A model generated the notes under the pieces. That model did no database searches and was not told where the DNA came from. It saw only the letters and a list, made by a program, of their open reading frames with translations. Below, piece by piece: positions 1 through 9,983 of a stretch of 64,000 bases of DNA. Both the position numbers and the translations under genes were made by a program. The first letter of the stretch is position 1, and each line of letters opens with the position of its first letter. This DNA is from Syntrophales bacterium (GTDB lineage: Bacteria; Desulfobacterota; Syntrophia; Syntrophales; PHBD01): positions 512,001 through 576,000 of the forward strand of contig OY764159.1 in the NCBI GenBank assembly GCA_963668175.1, given 5' to 3'.

Positions 1-327
1 ATCCATGTACCGTCAGGCGCCATACCCAAAGACGGGCCGTCCGCCGGCGTAACGATGCTCACGGCGCTGGCATCGCTTCTAACCAACCGCAAATTGAAGA
101 AAGACCTTGCCATGACAGGCGAAATCACCCTGCGGGGTGTCGTCCTGCCGGTAGGAGGCATCAAGGAAAAGGTCCTCGCGGCGCACCGCGCAGGAATCAA
201 GACCATCATTCTACCCAAATGGAACAAGAAGGACCTCGAGGATATTCCCGGCAATGTCAGAACGGATATCAACTTCTTGTTTGTCGACGAGATGCTCGAT
301 GTCCTGAAGATCGCCCTGGGCATCTGA
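1..327 (+). CDS. lon: Lon ATP-dependent protease, C-terminal part (truncated by window start)
   Basis: Frame 1 from base 1 reads [16 protein letters not shown]...[21 protein letters not shown] (Lon Ser-Lys dyad motifs). Confidence 0.95.
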   Translation: MHVPSGAIPKDGPSAGVTMLTALASLLTNRKLKKDLAMTGEITLRGVVLPVGGIKEKVLAAHRAGIKTIILPKWNKKDLEDIPGNVRTDINFLFVDEMLDVLKIALGI

Positions 328-621
328 TCCGAACCTCAACAGCGATGTCCCTGCGGACGGCACGCGTCAGCGGGGACATCGAACATGCCAAGGGATCTGT
401 GGGTGAATCCGCAGACTGAAATTTTGACGGCAAGCCTTTTCAGGCTGCGGCTTCCCTGTACCGACGGCGGATCACCACGATCATCATTAGTCTGCTTGTT
501 CTAGGGCGCCTCCTTTCTTAATATCATTCCGGATCATCGATTGCACTTCCCGCAAACATATGGTAGAGGCTTCGAGAATTAGCGCATAGCTCGTCTATCT
601 ATCGAAATCGAGGTAATTCCA

Positions 622-2823
622 GTGGAAATCAGCGAAATCTTAGAACATGCCGCCAGGCATGGGCGTCATAATCTTACGGAAGTGGAATCGAAACTGCTCC
701 TCAAGGCATACGATATTCCCGTGGTTGAGGATATCGTCGTCGGAAACGGCGAAGAGGCCGCATCCGAGGCCGAACGGCTGGGATTTCCGGTCGCGCTCAA
801 GGGCCACGGTGCCAGATTGATGCATAAGACCGAAAAGGGACTGGTCAGGCTCAACCTGAAAAGCGCGGGCGAAGTCCGCGACGCCGCCGCGGCCATGAAC
901 AACGCGGCTGCTGACGACCTGGAAGGGTTTATCGTTCAGCCGATGCTGACGGGACGGCGGGAATTGGTGGCCGGCCTGTTCCGCGACGACCAGTTCGGGC
1001 CGGTGGTCATGTTCGGCCTGGGAGGCGTTCTTACGGAGGCTTTGGAGGATATCGTTTTCCGGCTTGCTCCGCTGACGGAGGATGAAGCGGCGTCGATGGT
1101 GGAGGAAATCCGCGCCGCCAAACTTCTGGGGTCTTTCCGCGGTGAAGGGGCGATAAACCGCCATCAGCTCGCCAAGGCGCTTGCGGGACTTTCCCGCTTG
1201 GCTCTGGACCAGCCGCAAATCAAAGAAATCGACATCAACCCTCTCCTGGTACAGCCGAACGGGAATATTGTCGCGGTCGATGCTTTGATCGTGTTTGCCG
1301 AAAACGGCATTCAAAAGTCGGCCGAGAAGCCGATGGTTGACCCGGGCATCATCGGTTCCATGTTTTACCCCGAATCTATCGCTTTCGTCGGTGCATCGGC
1401 GACCTTCGGCAAGTGGGGCTATCTCCTTTTTACGAATGTGCTGGCAGGCCATTACAGGGGTAATATTTACCTCGTCAACGTCAAGGAAAAGGAGATCGCC
1501 GGGCGGCCCGTCTATCCGTCTGTCCTGGATATTCCCGACCCTGTCGATCTGGCCGTCGTGACCGTACCGGCGTCAATGGTTCCGGATCTTATCCCTCAAC
1601 TTCAGGCCAAGGGAATACGAAAAATGATCTTGATTTCTTCCGGATTCAGCGAAACGGGAGAAGATGGGCGCCTCCTTGAAGAGGAACTGGTAAAGAAGGC
1701 TGAAGAAGCAGGCATTCTCGTTTTGGGACCGAATACGATGGGCGTCTGCAACCCCGATATCAACTTCTTTTGCATGGCACCTCACATGAGGCCGAAATTC
1801 GGCACCACGTCGCTGATCGCGCAATCGGGAAACCTGGGAACGCAGCTTCTCGCATTTGCCGCCGAGGAAGACATCGGCATCCGGGTATTCAGCGGCTCCG
1901 GCAACGAAGCGATGATCACGATTGAAGATTACATGAACTGTCTGGAAGAGGACGACTTGACGCGAACGGTTGTCCTGTACCTCGAAAGCATCAAGGATGG
2001 GCGGAGATTTTTCGAACTGGCCAGGCGTGTGGGCCACAAGAAGCCGGTCATCGTCCTCAAGGGGGGACGCACGGAAGCAGGCAGCCGCGCGGCGGCCAGC
2101 CACACAGGCGCCATGGCCTCCAACACAAAAATATTCAATGCTGCGTGCCGTCAGGCTGGCGTTATTCTCGCCGATCAGCCCATGGACCTGCTCGATCTCT
2201 CGGCCGCCTTCTCATCCATGCCCCTGCCTGCCGGTAACCGCGTGGCGATCATGACGCTCGGCGGCGGCTGGGGGGTCGTGGCCACGGACCTCTGTGCGGA
2301 AAGCGGCCTGGTTGTGCCTCATCTGTCCCAGGATATTATCGCAAGGATCGACAAGGTTCTGCCTCCGTACTGGAGCCGTTCCAATCCCATCGACCTCGTT
2401 GGCGAACTGGACCCGCAAATTCCCATGCTCGTCATGGAGGAAATGGCGAAGTGGGATGGATGCGACGCGATCATGCATCTGGGGTGTGTCGGGCGCATGA
2501 TCTTTGTGCAGAAGACCGTTGAATCGGCGCTGGCGACCGACCCCAACCAAAAACCGCAGATCAAGGATTTTGTAACCGCACAATTGACGGCGTACGAGAA
2601 GAAGTTCACCGAATTCACCGTACAGCTCATGGAAACCTACAAGAAGCCCATCGTGGGTGTCTATCTCATCGCCGACGATACGAACCGGATGATCAAGGAC
2701 ATCGAGGGCCGGAACTATAAGGGTGTCACGTTCCTGTCTCCGGAGCGCGCGGTCAAGGCCCTAGCGAAGATGTTTGGCTACCGATCGTGGCTGAAACGCG
2801 AAGAAACCATGGGGTCACACTGA
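622..2823 (+). CDS. ADP-forming acyl-CoA synthetase (acetate-CoA ligase family), fused, with ATP-grasp domain N-terminal to the CoA-binding domain
   Basis: N-terminal ATP-grasp (GFPVALK, FGPVVMFGLGG, EIDINPL); then GAS/LGPN/QSG/GNEA and ASHTGA phospho-His motif. Confidence 0.9.
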   Translation: MEISEILEHAARHGRHNLTEVESKLLLKAYDIPVVEDIVVGNGEEAASEAERLGFPVALKGHGARLMHKTEKGLVRLNLKSAGEVRDAAAAMNNAAADDLEGFIVQPMLTGRRELVAGLFRDDQFGPVVMFGLGGVLTEALEDIVFRLAPLTEDEAASMVEEIRAAKLLGSFRGEGAINRHQLAKALAGLSRLALDQPQIKEIDINPLLVQPNGNIVAVDALIVFAENGIQKSAEKPMVDPGIIGSMFYPESIAFVGASATFGKWGYLLFTNVLAGHYRGNIYLVNVKEKEIAGRPVYPSVLDIPDPVDLAVVTVPASMVPDLIPQLQAKGIRKMILISSGFSETGEDGRLLEEELVKKAEEAGILVLGPNTMGVCNPDINFFCMAPHMRPKFGTTSLIAQSGNLGTQLLAFAAEEDIGIRVFSGSGNEAMITIEDYMNCLEEDDLTRTVVLYLESIKDGRRFFELARRVGHKKPVIVLKGGRTEAGSRAAASHTGAMASNTKIFNAACRQAGVILADQPMDLLDLSAAFSSMPLPAGNRVAIMTLGGGWGVVATDLCAESGLVVPHLSQDIIARIDKVLPPYWSRSNPIDLVGELDPQIPMLVMEEMAKWDGCDAIMHLGCVGRMIFVQKTVESALATDPNQKPQIKDFVTAQLTAYEKKFTEFTVQLMETYKKPIVGVYLIADDTNRMIKDIEGRNYKGVTFLSPERAVKALAKMFGYRSWLKREETMGSH

Positions 2824-2889
2824 GAATAAAGGAGGGATCTCACCTTCCCTCCGGGCCGATAACCCACGGCCGGAGGCAGAGGCGGGTTA

Positions 2890-3579
2890 TCAGCCGCACA
2901 AAAGGTTGGACCAACCCCATCGCCTGTCTTCCGCTTCCTGGGTTTCCCTGATGATCGCCTCCACGTGTTGCCGCACGGATTCGAAATGCTCATCGCCGAG
3001 GTCGGCGGGAATACATATGGGATCAGCGAAGCGCACCCGGACCGTGCTGAAGGGTTTGGGAATGAGGAACCCGTCCCAGCTGCGCAGCTGCCAGAAACGG
3101 CTGCATGATATGTAAACCGGTACGATGGAGGCCCCGGAAAGCTGGGCCATCCGGATGAGGCCCGCCTTCACCACGCCCCTGGGCCCCGTGGGTCCATCAA
3201 GCGCATGGACGGCAAAGGGATGCTCCTTCAGATCATTCACCATAACGGCCAGGGCTTCCCGCCCGTGAGACGAGCTTGAGCCCCTGACCGGACGGAAGTT
3301 GAGTCTCTCCATCAGTTGGGCGATCAGTTCCCCGTCGCGGCTGCGGCTGATCATAACCGACGGCTTGTAGCTGCCGAAGCGGCCCGCATAATTGAGAACG
3401 CCCAGAATCCGCTGATGCCAGATACCGGCAATAATTCTGTTGCCGTCCTGCAGGAATTTCCGCAATCCATCCTCGTTGACGGGCTCGATCTTGACCAGGG
3501 ACAGGTAGACCTTGAGCACGACGTGTCCCCAGGGAATGAGTCCGTATGTGATGATAAGCGCGCCCAGCTTCTTGAACAT
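2890..3579 (-). CDS. DUF374 / lysophospholipid acyltransferase-family protein
   Basis: WH, SRSRDGE, VRGSS, DGPTGP, SWDGFLIPKPFS motifs; start placed at MFKKL to avoid overlapping the upstream gene. Confidence 0.85.
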   Translation of the reverse strand: MFKKLGALIITYGLIPWGHVVLKVYLSLVKIEPVNEDGLRKFLQDGNRIIAGIWHQRILGVLNYAGRFGSYKPSVMISRSRDGELIAQLMERLNFRPVRGSSSSHGREALAVMVNDLKEHPFAVHALDGPTGPRGVVKAGLIRMAQLSGASIVPVYISCSRFWQLRSWDGFLIPKPFSTVRVRFADPICIPADLGDEHFESVRQHVEAIIRETQEAEDRRWGWSNLLCG

Positions 3580-3602
3580 CGCAGCTGACTCCGGTCGCGG
3601 GT

Positions 3603-4667
3603 TTAATGGCCGCGAATATAGATAGGATTGGAAAAAATCCAGGGGCGGAACCGGCCCCAGGACTTCAAATAGGCCTCGATCCGATAAACCCCGGGATCCG
3701 TAACTTCCAGGGTACACGTTTGCGCATACTTCTCGCAGATGGACCGTCCGTCGGCGATCACCCGGATTTTCGCCGGGGCCGGCAACTCGGCGGATATTTT
3801 CATGGCCGCCTGCGAATTGACTAAATCGCCCATATGGTAGACCTGCCGGCCGTCGGACAGCGAGAAGGAGAAACCTGTCGCGGGCTTGAGATAATCGTGC
3901 GCCACATAGACGCGTCCTTTTCTCAGAGCATCGTACAGCGCCCCGATATCACTCTCCTGCTCCTTCCGCAGGGGGGCGTTTAACAGGACATGGGTACGCA
4001 GATACCTGAAAGCCTTCCGAAAAGGAAAGACTTCCAGGTTAAAACCAAAGACTCTTTTCTTGGTATTGTGGTTGTCGCACTCGCCGATGCCTACGATCTG
4101 TCTCGACTGATTCAGTTGATCCCAGCGCCGGAGCGTTTCCGCCTTGGGACCGCGAAGAAAAAGAAACGGCAAAAAATAGCTGGTCAGGGCCTGCGGGTAC
4201 CCGGACAACGATTCCTGCCAGTCCGTCATGAAATCCCATATCCCTATACCGTCGTATTTTTCCACGTTCCAGTCCAGCCAGGGGTAATGTTTCACGTGAA
4301 ACTTGGCCGCTCCCTGATGGTCCGGATGGGCGATGAACCCGATTCCTCCCTGTTCCGATACCCGATTGATATAGGCTTGCGGGGGCGCGTCCGCGGTATC
4401 TTTCGGCATTTCGACAGCCCGCTCGATCCGAAACGCCAGATAATGATTGAAACGCGGCGCTATTTCCTGTCCGACGACCAGAAGCGTTTCTCCGTGCCAG
4501 CCTTCCCATCCCCTGTCCCGCGCCATCAGGTTATCGTGATCCGTCAGCATCAGAAAATCGATGCGATTTTCTTCCGCCGCAGCGATGATGTCCGCAATCG
4601 GCGTTGAACCGTCAAAGGAATATTCAGAATGGAGATGGATGACACCGGCATAGTCGAACAGCTTCAC
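3603..4667 (-). CDS. PHP-domain metallohydrolase (CehA/McbA-like)
   Basis: HLHSEYSFDG, LTDH, FIAHP, DNH, FSNPI; GTG start overlaps the upstream stop (GTGA). Confidence 0.85.
   Translation of the reverse strand: MKLFDYAGVIHLHSEYSFDGSTPIADIIAAAEENRIDFLMLTDHDNLMARDRGWEGWHGETLLVVGQEIAPRFNHYLAFRIERAVEMPKDTADAPPQAYINRVSEQGGIGFIAHPDHQGAAKFHVKHYPWLDWNVEKYDGIGIWDFMTDWQESLSGYPQALTSYFLPFLFLRGPKAETLRRWDQLNQSRQIVGIGECDNHNTKKRVFGFNLEVFPFRKAFRYLRTHVLLNAPLRKEQESDIGALYDALRKGRVYVAHDYLKPATGFSFSLSDGRQVYHMGDLVNSQAAMKISAELPAPAKIRVIADGRSICEKYAQTCTLEVTDPGVYRIEAYLKSWGRFRPWIFSNPIYIRGH
4288..4303. promoter_or_regulatory. Candidate parS centromere site
   Basis: TGTTTCACGTGAAACT, 15/16 match to parS consensus TGTTTCACGTGAAACA; parAB and oriC lie in the same window. 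Confidence 0.65.
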
Positions 4668-5356
4668 GCTCGCCTCTTCCCGAACTTCATTCCCTTCAGC
4701 GGACACATTTGACAGCGCGGCGCTTTCTTCCGGCAATATTCTTTCCCTGTGTTTACGATGAGCGCATGGTACTGATTGTACAAACCGCTATCCTTGGGCA
4801 AGTTTTTCATGAACAACGCTTGAATCTCGTCATAATCTGCATCTTCCGCGATAATGCCGTGTCGCGATAATATCCTCTTCGTGTAGGCATCGACAACAAA
4901 CACCGGCTTCCCGCCGGCATACAGGAGGATGCTGTCCGCTGTTTCCCGTCCTATACCGTGTATATTCAGAAGCGATTTGCGGAGTCCTCGCCATTCTTCG
5001 GCAAACATCCTTTTCAAATCTCCGCCGTAATTTTCTTTCAGGTAGCCTGCAAACGCTTTCAACCGCCGCGTTTTTATCCGATAGTATCCCGAGGGCCTGA
5101 TCAAATCCGCCAAGGTCTCGTCGTCCGTTTCCAGGATTCCCGCCAACGACATCAGTCCTTCCTGTTTCATATTGCCGATGGCCGCCGTCACATTTCGCCA
5201 TGCCGTATTTTGCGTAAGAATCGCCCCGACGATGACTTCGAACGGCGTTTCCGCCGGCCACCAGCCGAGATCACCGAAGTGGCCGTTCATGGCGTCATAC
5301 GCAGCCCGGAGGTATCTCTTTTCTCCGGCGGTATTCTTTCCGTTTCCCCTTTCCAT
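4664..5356 (-). CDS. HhH-GPD endonuclease III-related DNA glycosylase with FeS cluster
   Basis: WWPAETPFEV..GAILTQNT, GIGRETAD, VVDAY, C-terminal CRKKAPRCQMCPL. Confidence 0.9.
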   Translation of the reverse strand: MERGNGKNTAGEKRYLRAAYDAMNGHFGDLGWWPAETPFEVIVGAILTQNTAWRNVTAAIGNMKQEGLMSLAGILETDDETLADLIRPSGYYRIKTRRLKAFAGYLKENYGGDLKRMFAEEWRGLRKSLLNIHGIGRETADSILLYAGGKPVFVVDAYTKRILSRHGIIAEDADYDEIQALFMKNLPKDSGLYNQYHALIVNTGKEYCRKKAPRCQMCPLKGMKFGKRRA

Positions 5357-6832
5357 TTATCGGATCGCCACGTAAAACGTCGTCCTGCCCCGCTTCACCA
5401 AAAACAGGATGCTTTCCTTCGGCTTCCGCTTGGACATTTCCCTGACATATTCCTTCATCGAAGAAATCTTGACCTTGTTCACTTCCAGGATGATATCCTT
5501 TGGCTGAATGCCTACATCGTCCGCGATTCCTCCGTCTTTGACATCGACGACGATGACTCCTCCCCTTTTCTGCAGCCCCAGATACTTCGCAACGTCCGGC
5601 GTTATATCCTGCAGCACCATACCCAGATCGTCCGCACCATCGGATCGTTTCTCAGCTGCCATTTCCGCCTGTTCCGTTCGCTCGGCGACCGTGATCTCAA
5701 ATATTTTCTCCGCCCCGTCCCGTATCGCCTTTACCGTGATCTTCTCTCCAACCCGAAGCGCCGCGATTTTCAGCAACAGTTCATGCGTATCCTTGATGGC
5801 CTGACCGTTGACCTCGACGACGACATCGCCCGCCCTGATTCCCGCTTTATCGGCAGGGTCTCCCTTGAAGACATCCGATATGACGGCGCCGCTGCGATTT
5901 TTTAACTTCATCGTCTTGACCATCTCCTCCGATACGTCCTGAACCGAAATGCCCAACCATCCCCTTGTCACCTTGCCTTTCGATTTCAGGTCCGCCAGGA
6001 CCGCTTTGGCCATATCTATCGGAATCGCGAATCCGATCCCCTGCCCCTGCGCAACGATGGCCGTATTGATACCCACGACCTTCCCCTCCATGTTGAAAAG
6101 CGGCCCGCCGCTGTTTCCCGGATTGATGGAGGCATCCGTCTGTATAAAATTATCGTACGGTCCCGCGCCGATAACGCGTCCCTTCGCACTTACGATACCC
6201 GCCGTCACCGTCTGCTCGAGACCGAAGGGATTTCCTATCGCAATAACCCAGTCGCCGACCCTCAGTTTCTCCGAATCGCCTATTTCCACCACGGGCAGAC
6301 TTTCCGTGGGTTTGATCTTGATCAGCGCCAGGTCCGTCTTCGCGTCTTTACCTATCACTTTCGCTTCATATTCACGGCCGTCGGAAATTCTGACGATGAT
6401 TTTCTCTGCCTGCTCAACGACATGGTTATTCGTAAAGATATACCCGTCATGACTGATGATGAACCCCGAGCCGAGGCTCTTCTGCTTGAATTCGCGACGC
6501 GGTGTTCTACCGAAAAACCGATCGAAGAATTCATCGCCGCCGAAGGGTGCATCTTCGCCGAACGGGGCTCGCAACATGCCCCTTCCCGGCCGTATGAGCT
6601 TCGTTGTGCTGATATTGACCACCGCCGGCTTGACTTTATCTGTCAGGTCGGCGAACGAAGCCGGCGCACGGACCGATTCGCCCAGCGATACGGCCCCTGC
6701 TGGCCTCATGCCCCCGGACGACGGTGCATAGGACGATCGTAATACTTCGACAAAAGAAACGACGAAAAAGCCGATCAGAAAAGCCAACAGAAACATGATG
6801 AACGTTCTTTTGTCGTTACCCGCAATGCCCAT
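5357..6832 (-). CDS. degP: DegP/HtrA (Do-family) serine protease with two PDZ domains
   Basis: GSGFII, TNNHV, DLAL, QTDASINPGNSGGPL; two PDZ domains. Confidence 0.9.
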   Translation of the reverse strand: MGIAGNDKRTFIMFLLAFLIGFFVVSFVEVLRSSYAPSSGGMRPAGAVSLGESVRAPASFADLTDKVKPAVVNISTTKLIRPGRGMLRAPFGEDAPFGGDEFFDRFFGRTPRREFKQKSLGSGFIISHDGYIFTNNHVVEQAEKIIVRISDGREYEAKVIGKDAKTDLALIKIKPTESLPVVEIGDSEKLRVGDWVIAIGNPFGLEQTVTAGIVSAKGRVIGAGPYDNFIQTDASINPGNSGGPLFNMEGKVVGINTAIVAQGQGIGFAIPIDMAKAVLADLKSKGKVTRGWLGISVQDVSEEMVKTMKLKNRSGAVISDVFKGDPADKAGIRAGDVVVEVNGQAIKDTHELLLKIAALRVGEKITVKAIRDGAEKIFEITVAERTEQAEMAAEKRSDGADDLGMVLQDITPDVAKYLGLQKRGGVIVVDVKDGGIADDVGIQPKDIILEVNKVKISSMKEYVREMSKRKPKESILFLVKRGRTTFYVAIR

Positions 6833-6859
6833 ACATCGCCCCCTTCTAATCCAATTCTT

Positions 6860-7669
6860 TTAGAGTCTTTCCACGACCACCGGATTGCTCAATTTGCCGA
6901 TCATTTCGACCTCGATCGTAACGCTGTCACCGTCCTTGAGGAATATCGGCGGGGTCCTTGTAAACCCCACGCCTTCCGGCGTCCCCGTCAGGATCACCGT
7001 CCCCGGAAGCAGCGTTAGCGATTGACTTAAGTTACTGACGATTTCACGAACAGGGAAGATCATGTCGGATGTTACGGCCTCCTGAAGAACCTGACCGTTC
7101 AGGATTGTCCGGATTGCGAGATTGTCCGGATCTTCAATCTCGTCTTTTGTTACAATCCATGGTCCCAACGGACAGAACGTATCAAAGCTCTTTCCTCGCG
7201 CCCACTGCTTCTTCTGTTTCCTGATCTGCCAGTCCCTGGCGCTGACATCGTTGGCGCATGTGTAACCCATGACGTATTCCATGGCCTTTTCCGCGGGGAT
7301 GTTCTTCGCGGTTTTGCCGATAATGACAACCATTTCAGCCTCGTAGTCCACTTCCGAACCTCCTGCGGCGGGCAACATGATAGGTTCTCCCGGCCCGATG
7401 ACGCTCGTTGTCGCCTTCAGAAAGAGGACCGGCTGGTCCGGAGCGGAAAGCGACGTTTCCTCGCCGTGCTTCTTATAATTGATTCCCAAGGCCAGGATAT
7501 TGACCGGCGCCAACGGCGCCATTATCCGCCGCACTGCAACCTTCTTTCCACTCACCCTATAGTCGCCGAATAGGTTCCCTTCTATGATATATGCCCCGCC
7601 GGGCTCGCCCGGATCGAACGCACCGTAGGCCACGCTATGATCCTCTGTCTCAAATCGGATGATCTTCAT
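6860..7669 (-). CDS. Fumarylacetoacetate hydrolase-family protein
   Basis: GINY, DYEAE, NDVSARDWQ, GKSFDTFCPLGP, TGTPEGVG. Confidence 0.92.
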   Translation of the reverse strand: MKIIRFETEDHSVAYGAFDPGEPGGAYIIEGNLFGDYRVSGKKVAVRRIMAPLAPVNILALGINYKKHGEETSLSAPDQPVLFLKATTSVIGPGEPIMLPAAGGSEVDYEAEMVVIIGKTAKNIPAEKAMEYVMGYTCANDVSARDWQIRKQKKQWARGKSFDTFCPLGPWIVTKDEIEDPDNLAIRTILNGQVLQEAVTSDMIFPVREIVSNLSQSLTLLPGTVILTGTPEGVGFTRTPPIFLKDGDSVTIEVEMIGKLSNPVVVERL

Positions 7670-7805
7670 ATGCTCCTCCTCGTTCAATACGCTTTATCAA
7701 TAATGATACGCATCCTTGATTGAAAATCCCGCAATCGCCGTTTGCTCTGTATCTCATTATATGTTAAATCTCTCAACGCTTCTAGATTTCTTCGGAAACG
7801 ATACC

Positions 7806-8609
7806 ATGCTGTCGACGGCAATTGAACAATTAGGGCGTGTCAGCACAGACGCGGCGAGAAGCCTCCGCGAAGTGCTCTCCTTTTCTTTCAGCATCTTCGT
7901 CAAGATGTTTCAGCGTCGGTCTTACAACAGCGCCACGCGCATGGTTCTCATCAACCAGATATACTTTACCTCCGTCCAACTGCTGCCCCTGTTTCTCACG
8001 GTATCCCTCATATTCGGCTCAACACTGGTCGCGATTACCGTCAAGTTTTCCCTTGATTTCAACCTGATGGAACACCTCGGGCGATTCCTCATGGGCTTTG
8101 TCGTCTCGGAGTTGTCTCCTTTCATTACGGTTTTGTTGATCGCCCTGCGCTCCTCTTCGGCCATCAATACGGAAATTGCCGTCATGAAAGTCAACAATGA
8201 GTTGAAAACCCTGGATGTCTTTAATATCGATACCATAAACTATCTTTTTCTGCCACGCATTATCAGCGGGATTATCTCGATTATTCTACTGAGCGGCCTC
8301 TTTTCCATCATGGTTCTTTTCAGCGGGGCATTCTTTTCCAAACTTATCGTCGGTATGAGTATGGAAGCATACGCAGATGTCCTGTTACAATCCGCCACGT
8401 TTTCTGGTATAATTATACTTATCATCAAGTGTGCCGCTTTCGGTTTTTTTATTACGCTGATCCCTATCAGGTTCGGCCTCCGGGCTTCTCATGAATTTAC
8501 GAGCATTCCCATTGCCGTGTTGAACGGCATGGTGAATGTCTTTATTGCCATTGTCATGATTGAGGTATTGTCATTATTCGCGATATCGATCTTCACAAAG
8601 TTCACTTGA
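7806..8609 (+). CDS. MlaE-family ABC permease
   Basis: Hydrophobic; ELSPFIT, RSSSAINTEIAVMKVNNEL, PRI motifs typical of MlaE; start uncertain (7716 possible). Confidence 0.85.
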   Translation: MLSTAIEQLGRVSTDAARSLREVLSFSFSIFVKMFQRRSYNSATRMVLINQIYFTSVQLLPLFLTVSLIFGSTLVAITVKFSLDFNLMEHLGRFLMGFVVSELSPFITVLLIALRSSSAINTEIAVMKVNNELKTLDVFNIDTINYLFLPRIISGIISIILLSGLFSIMVLFSGAFFSKLIVGMSMEAYADVLLQSATFSGIIILIIKCAAFGFFITLIPIRFGLRASHEFTSIPIAVLNGMVNVFIAIVMIEVLSLFAISIFTKFT

Positions 8610-9073
8610 TGCTTTTCGACAGCGAAGATGCGCTGGAGAGAGACCTCGAGATACGAATAAACCGCGACAGGAATCACGTCGGACTTGTCTCGGTCGATGT
8701 CCCTTTGATATCGAATCTCGACGTCAGCGCCAATATCTCTTTAATTATCCAGTACCATCGTAATCTGCCCGAAGGAGAGGCTGAAGAACTTGTCATGGCT
8801 CACCTGAAGCGTTTCAATCTCGAGCGTATTGCGAAGAAAAGAAATCCCGGTCTCTCGGATCGTGAACGTTTTTGCGTCATGCTGCTTCGGTCAGCCATGG
8901 TCGCCGATGCCGTCATCATCATCGACAGGCCGTTGAAGCTTCTTCCCGATATGGAAGACCCTGCTTTCTTTTATAACACATTGACGACGATATACGATTT
9001 ATTCAATGATTGCCAAATCCTTGATTACAGATGGAACCGTCATCATTACGAGATGATCTATGAAACTGAATAA
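8606..9073 (+). CDS. Truncated, degenerate ABC-ATPase-like protein
   Basis: PLISNLDVSANI, LSDRER (degenerate signature), IIIDRP (degenerate Walker B); no Walker A; overlaps both neighbours. Confidence 0.65.
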   Translation: MMLFDSEDALERDLEIRINRDRNHVGLVSVDVPLISNLDVSANISLIIQYHRNLPEGEAEELVMAHLKRFNLERIAKKRNPGLSDRERFCVMLLRSAMVADAVIIIDRPLKLLPDMEDPAFFYNTLTTIYDLFNDCQILDYRWNRHHYEMIYETE

Positions 9074-9983
9074 CAATCTCAAAGTCGGCCTCTTCGTCTC
9101 CGTTACCTCGCTTTTGATCATCGTCGCCATACTATTCGGGGCTTATAAAAAAGGCTTCTTTGAGCGTGAACAGTCCTATACTCTCGCTTCCAAGACCGGC
9201 GAGGGCATCAAGGAGGGTATGCCCGTCATCTTTTCCGGTTTCAATATCGGTAAAGTGGCCTCATCGGACCTCGACGACAAGGGTGTCGTTCTCGTCAAGA
9301 TCACCGTTCTCAGGCGTCATACGCAATGGATCCATGCCGACAGCAAATTTACCCTGGAAAAGCCCCTTTTCTCCGCCCCGCGTATCGTCATCACCACGGC
9401 TAATTTGCAGAGCCCCCCTTTATCGGCCAAGGAAACGCCCGTTTTGACCGAAGTGAGCGACATCAATGAACTCATCAAACGCGGACAGCCCATCCTCGAT
9501 CAAGTGAAGCGCATCGTCGAGCACGTCGAGACGATCGCCCAGAATCTCGCCGACCCCCAGGGCGATTTGAACAGAATTCTCAACAATACACAGAGGCTAA
9601 CATCAAGAAATTCTCTGCTGGAAATGGCCGTCAGCGACCCCAAGAGTGTTCAGTCCGTCAACGAATCCCTCGTCAAGCTCAAGGATATCATGACGAAACT
9701 CGATTCCCTGGCGGGCAAAACCGACGAACAGCTATACGGCAATGAAGGAGCCCTTCCCCTCGTCAGAAACATTCTCAAGGATATCCTCATCAAGCTGAGA
9801 AAACTCAACGTCACGGTCGATAATATCAATAAAATCAGCACAAACGCTTCGGATTCCACCAAGGACCTGAAATATCTGCGGGGCGAGTTGGACAACACGG
9901 TCAATACGGTCGGCGAACTGGTTAATAAACTGGATAAAATACTGTCATCCTTTAAGAAAGAGCCTGAGTTCGATCTGCCATGA
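9060..9983 (+). CDS. MlaD/MCE-domain protein with long helical tail
   Basis: KVGLF N-terminal TM, GIKEGMPVIFSGFNIGKV MCE motif, coiled-coil C-terminus. Confidence 0.88.
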   Translation: MKLNNNLKVGLFVSVTSLLIIVAILFGAYKKGFFEREQSYTLASKTGEGIKEGMPVIFSGFNIGKVASSDLDDKGVVLVKITVLRRHTQWIHADSKFTLEKPLFSAPRIVITTANLQSPPLSAKETPVLTEVSDINELIKRGQPILDQVKRIVEHVETIAQNLADPQGDLNRILNNTQRLTSRNSLLEMAVSDPKSVQSVNESLVKLKDIMTKLDSLAGKTDEQLYGNEGALPLVRNILKDILIKLRKLNVTVDNINKISTNASDSTKDLKYLRGELDNTVNTVGELVNKLDKILSSFKKEPEFDLP

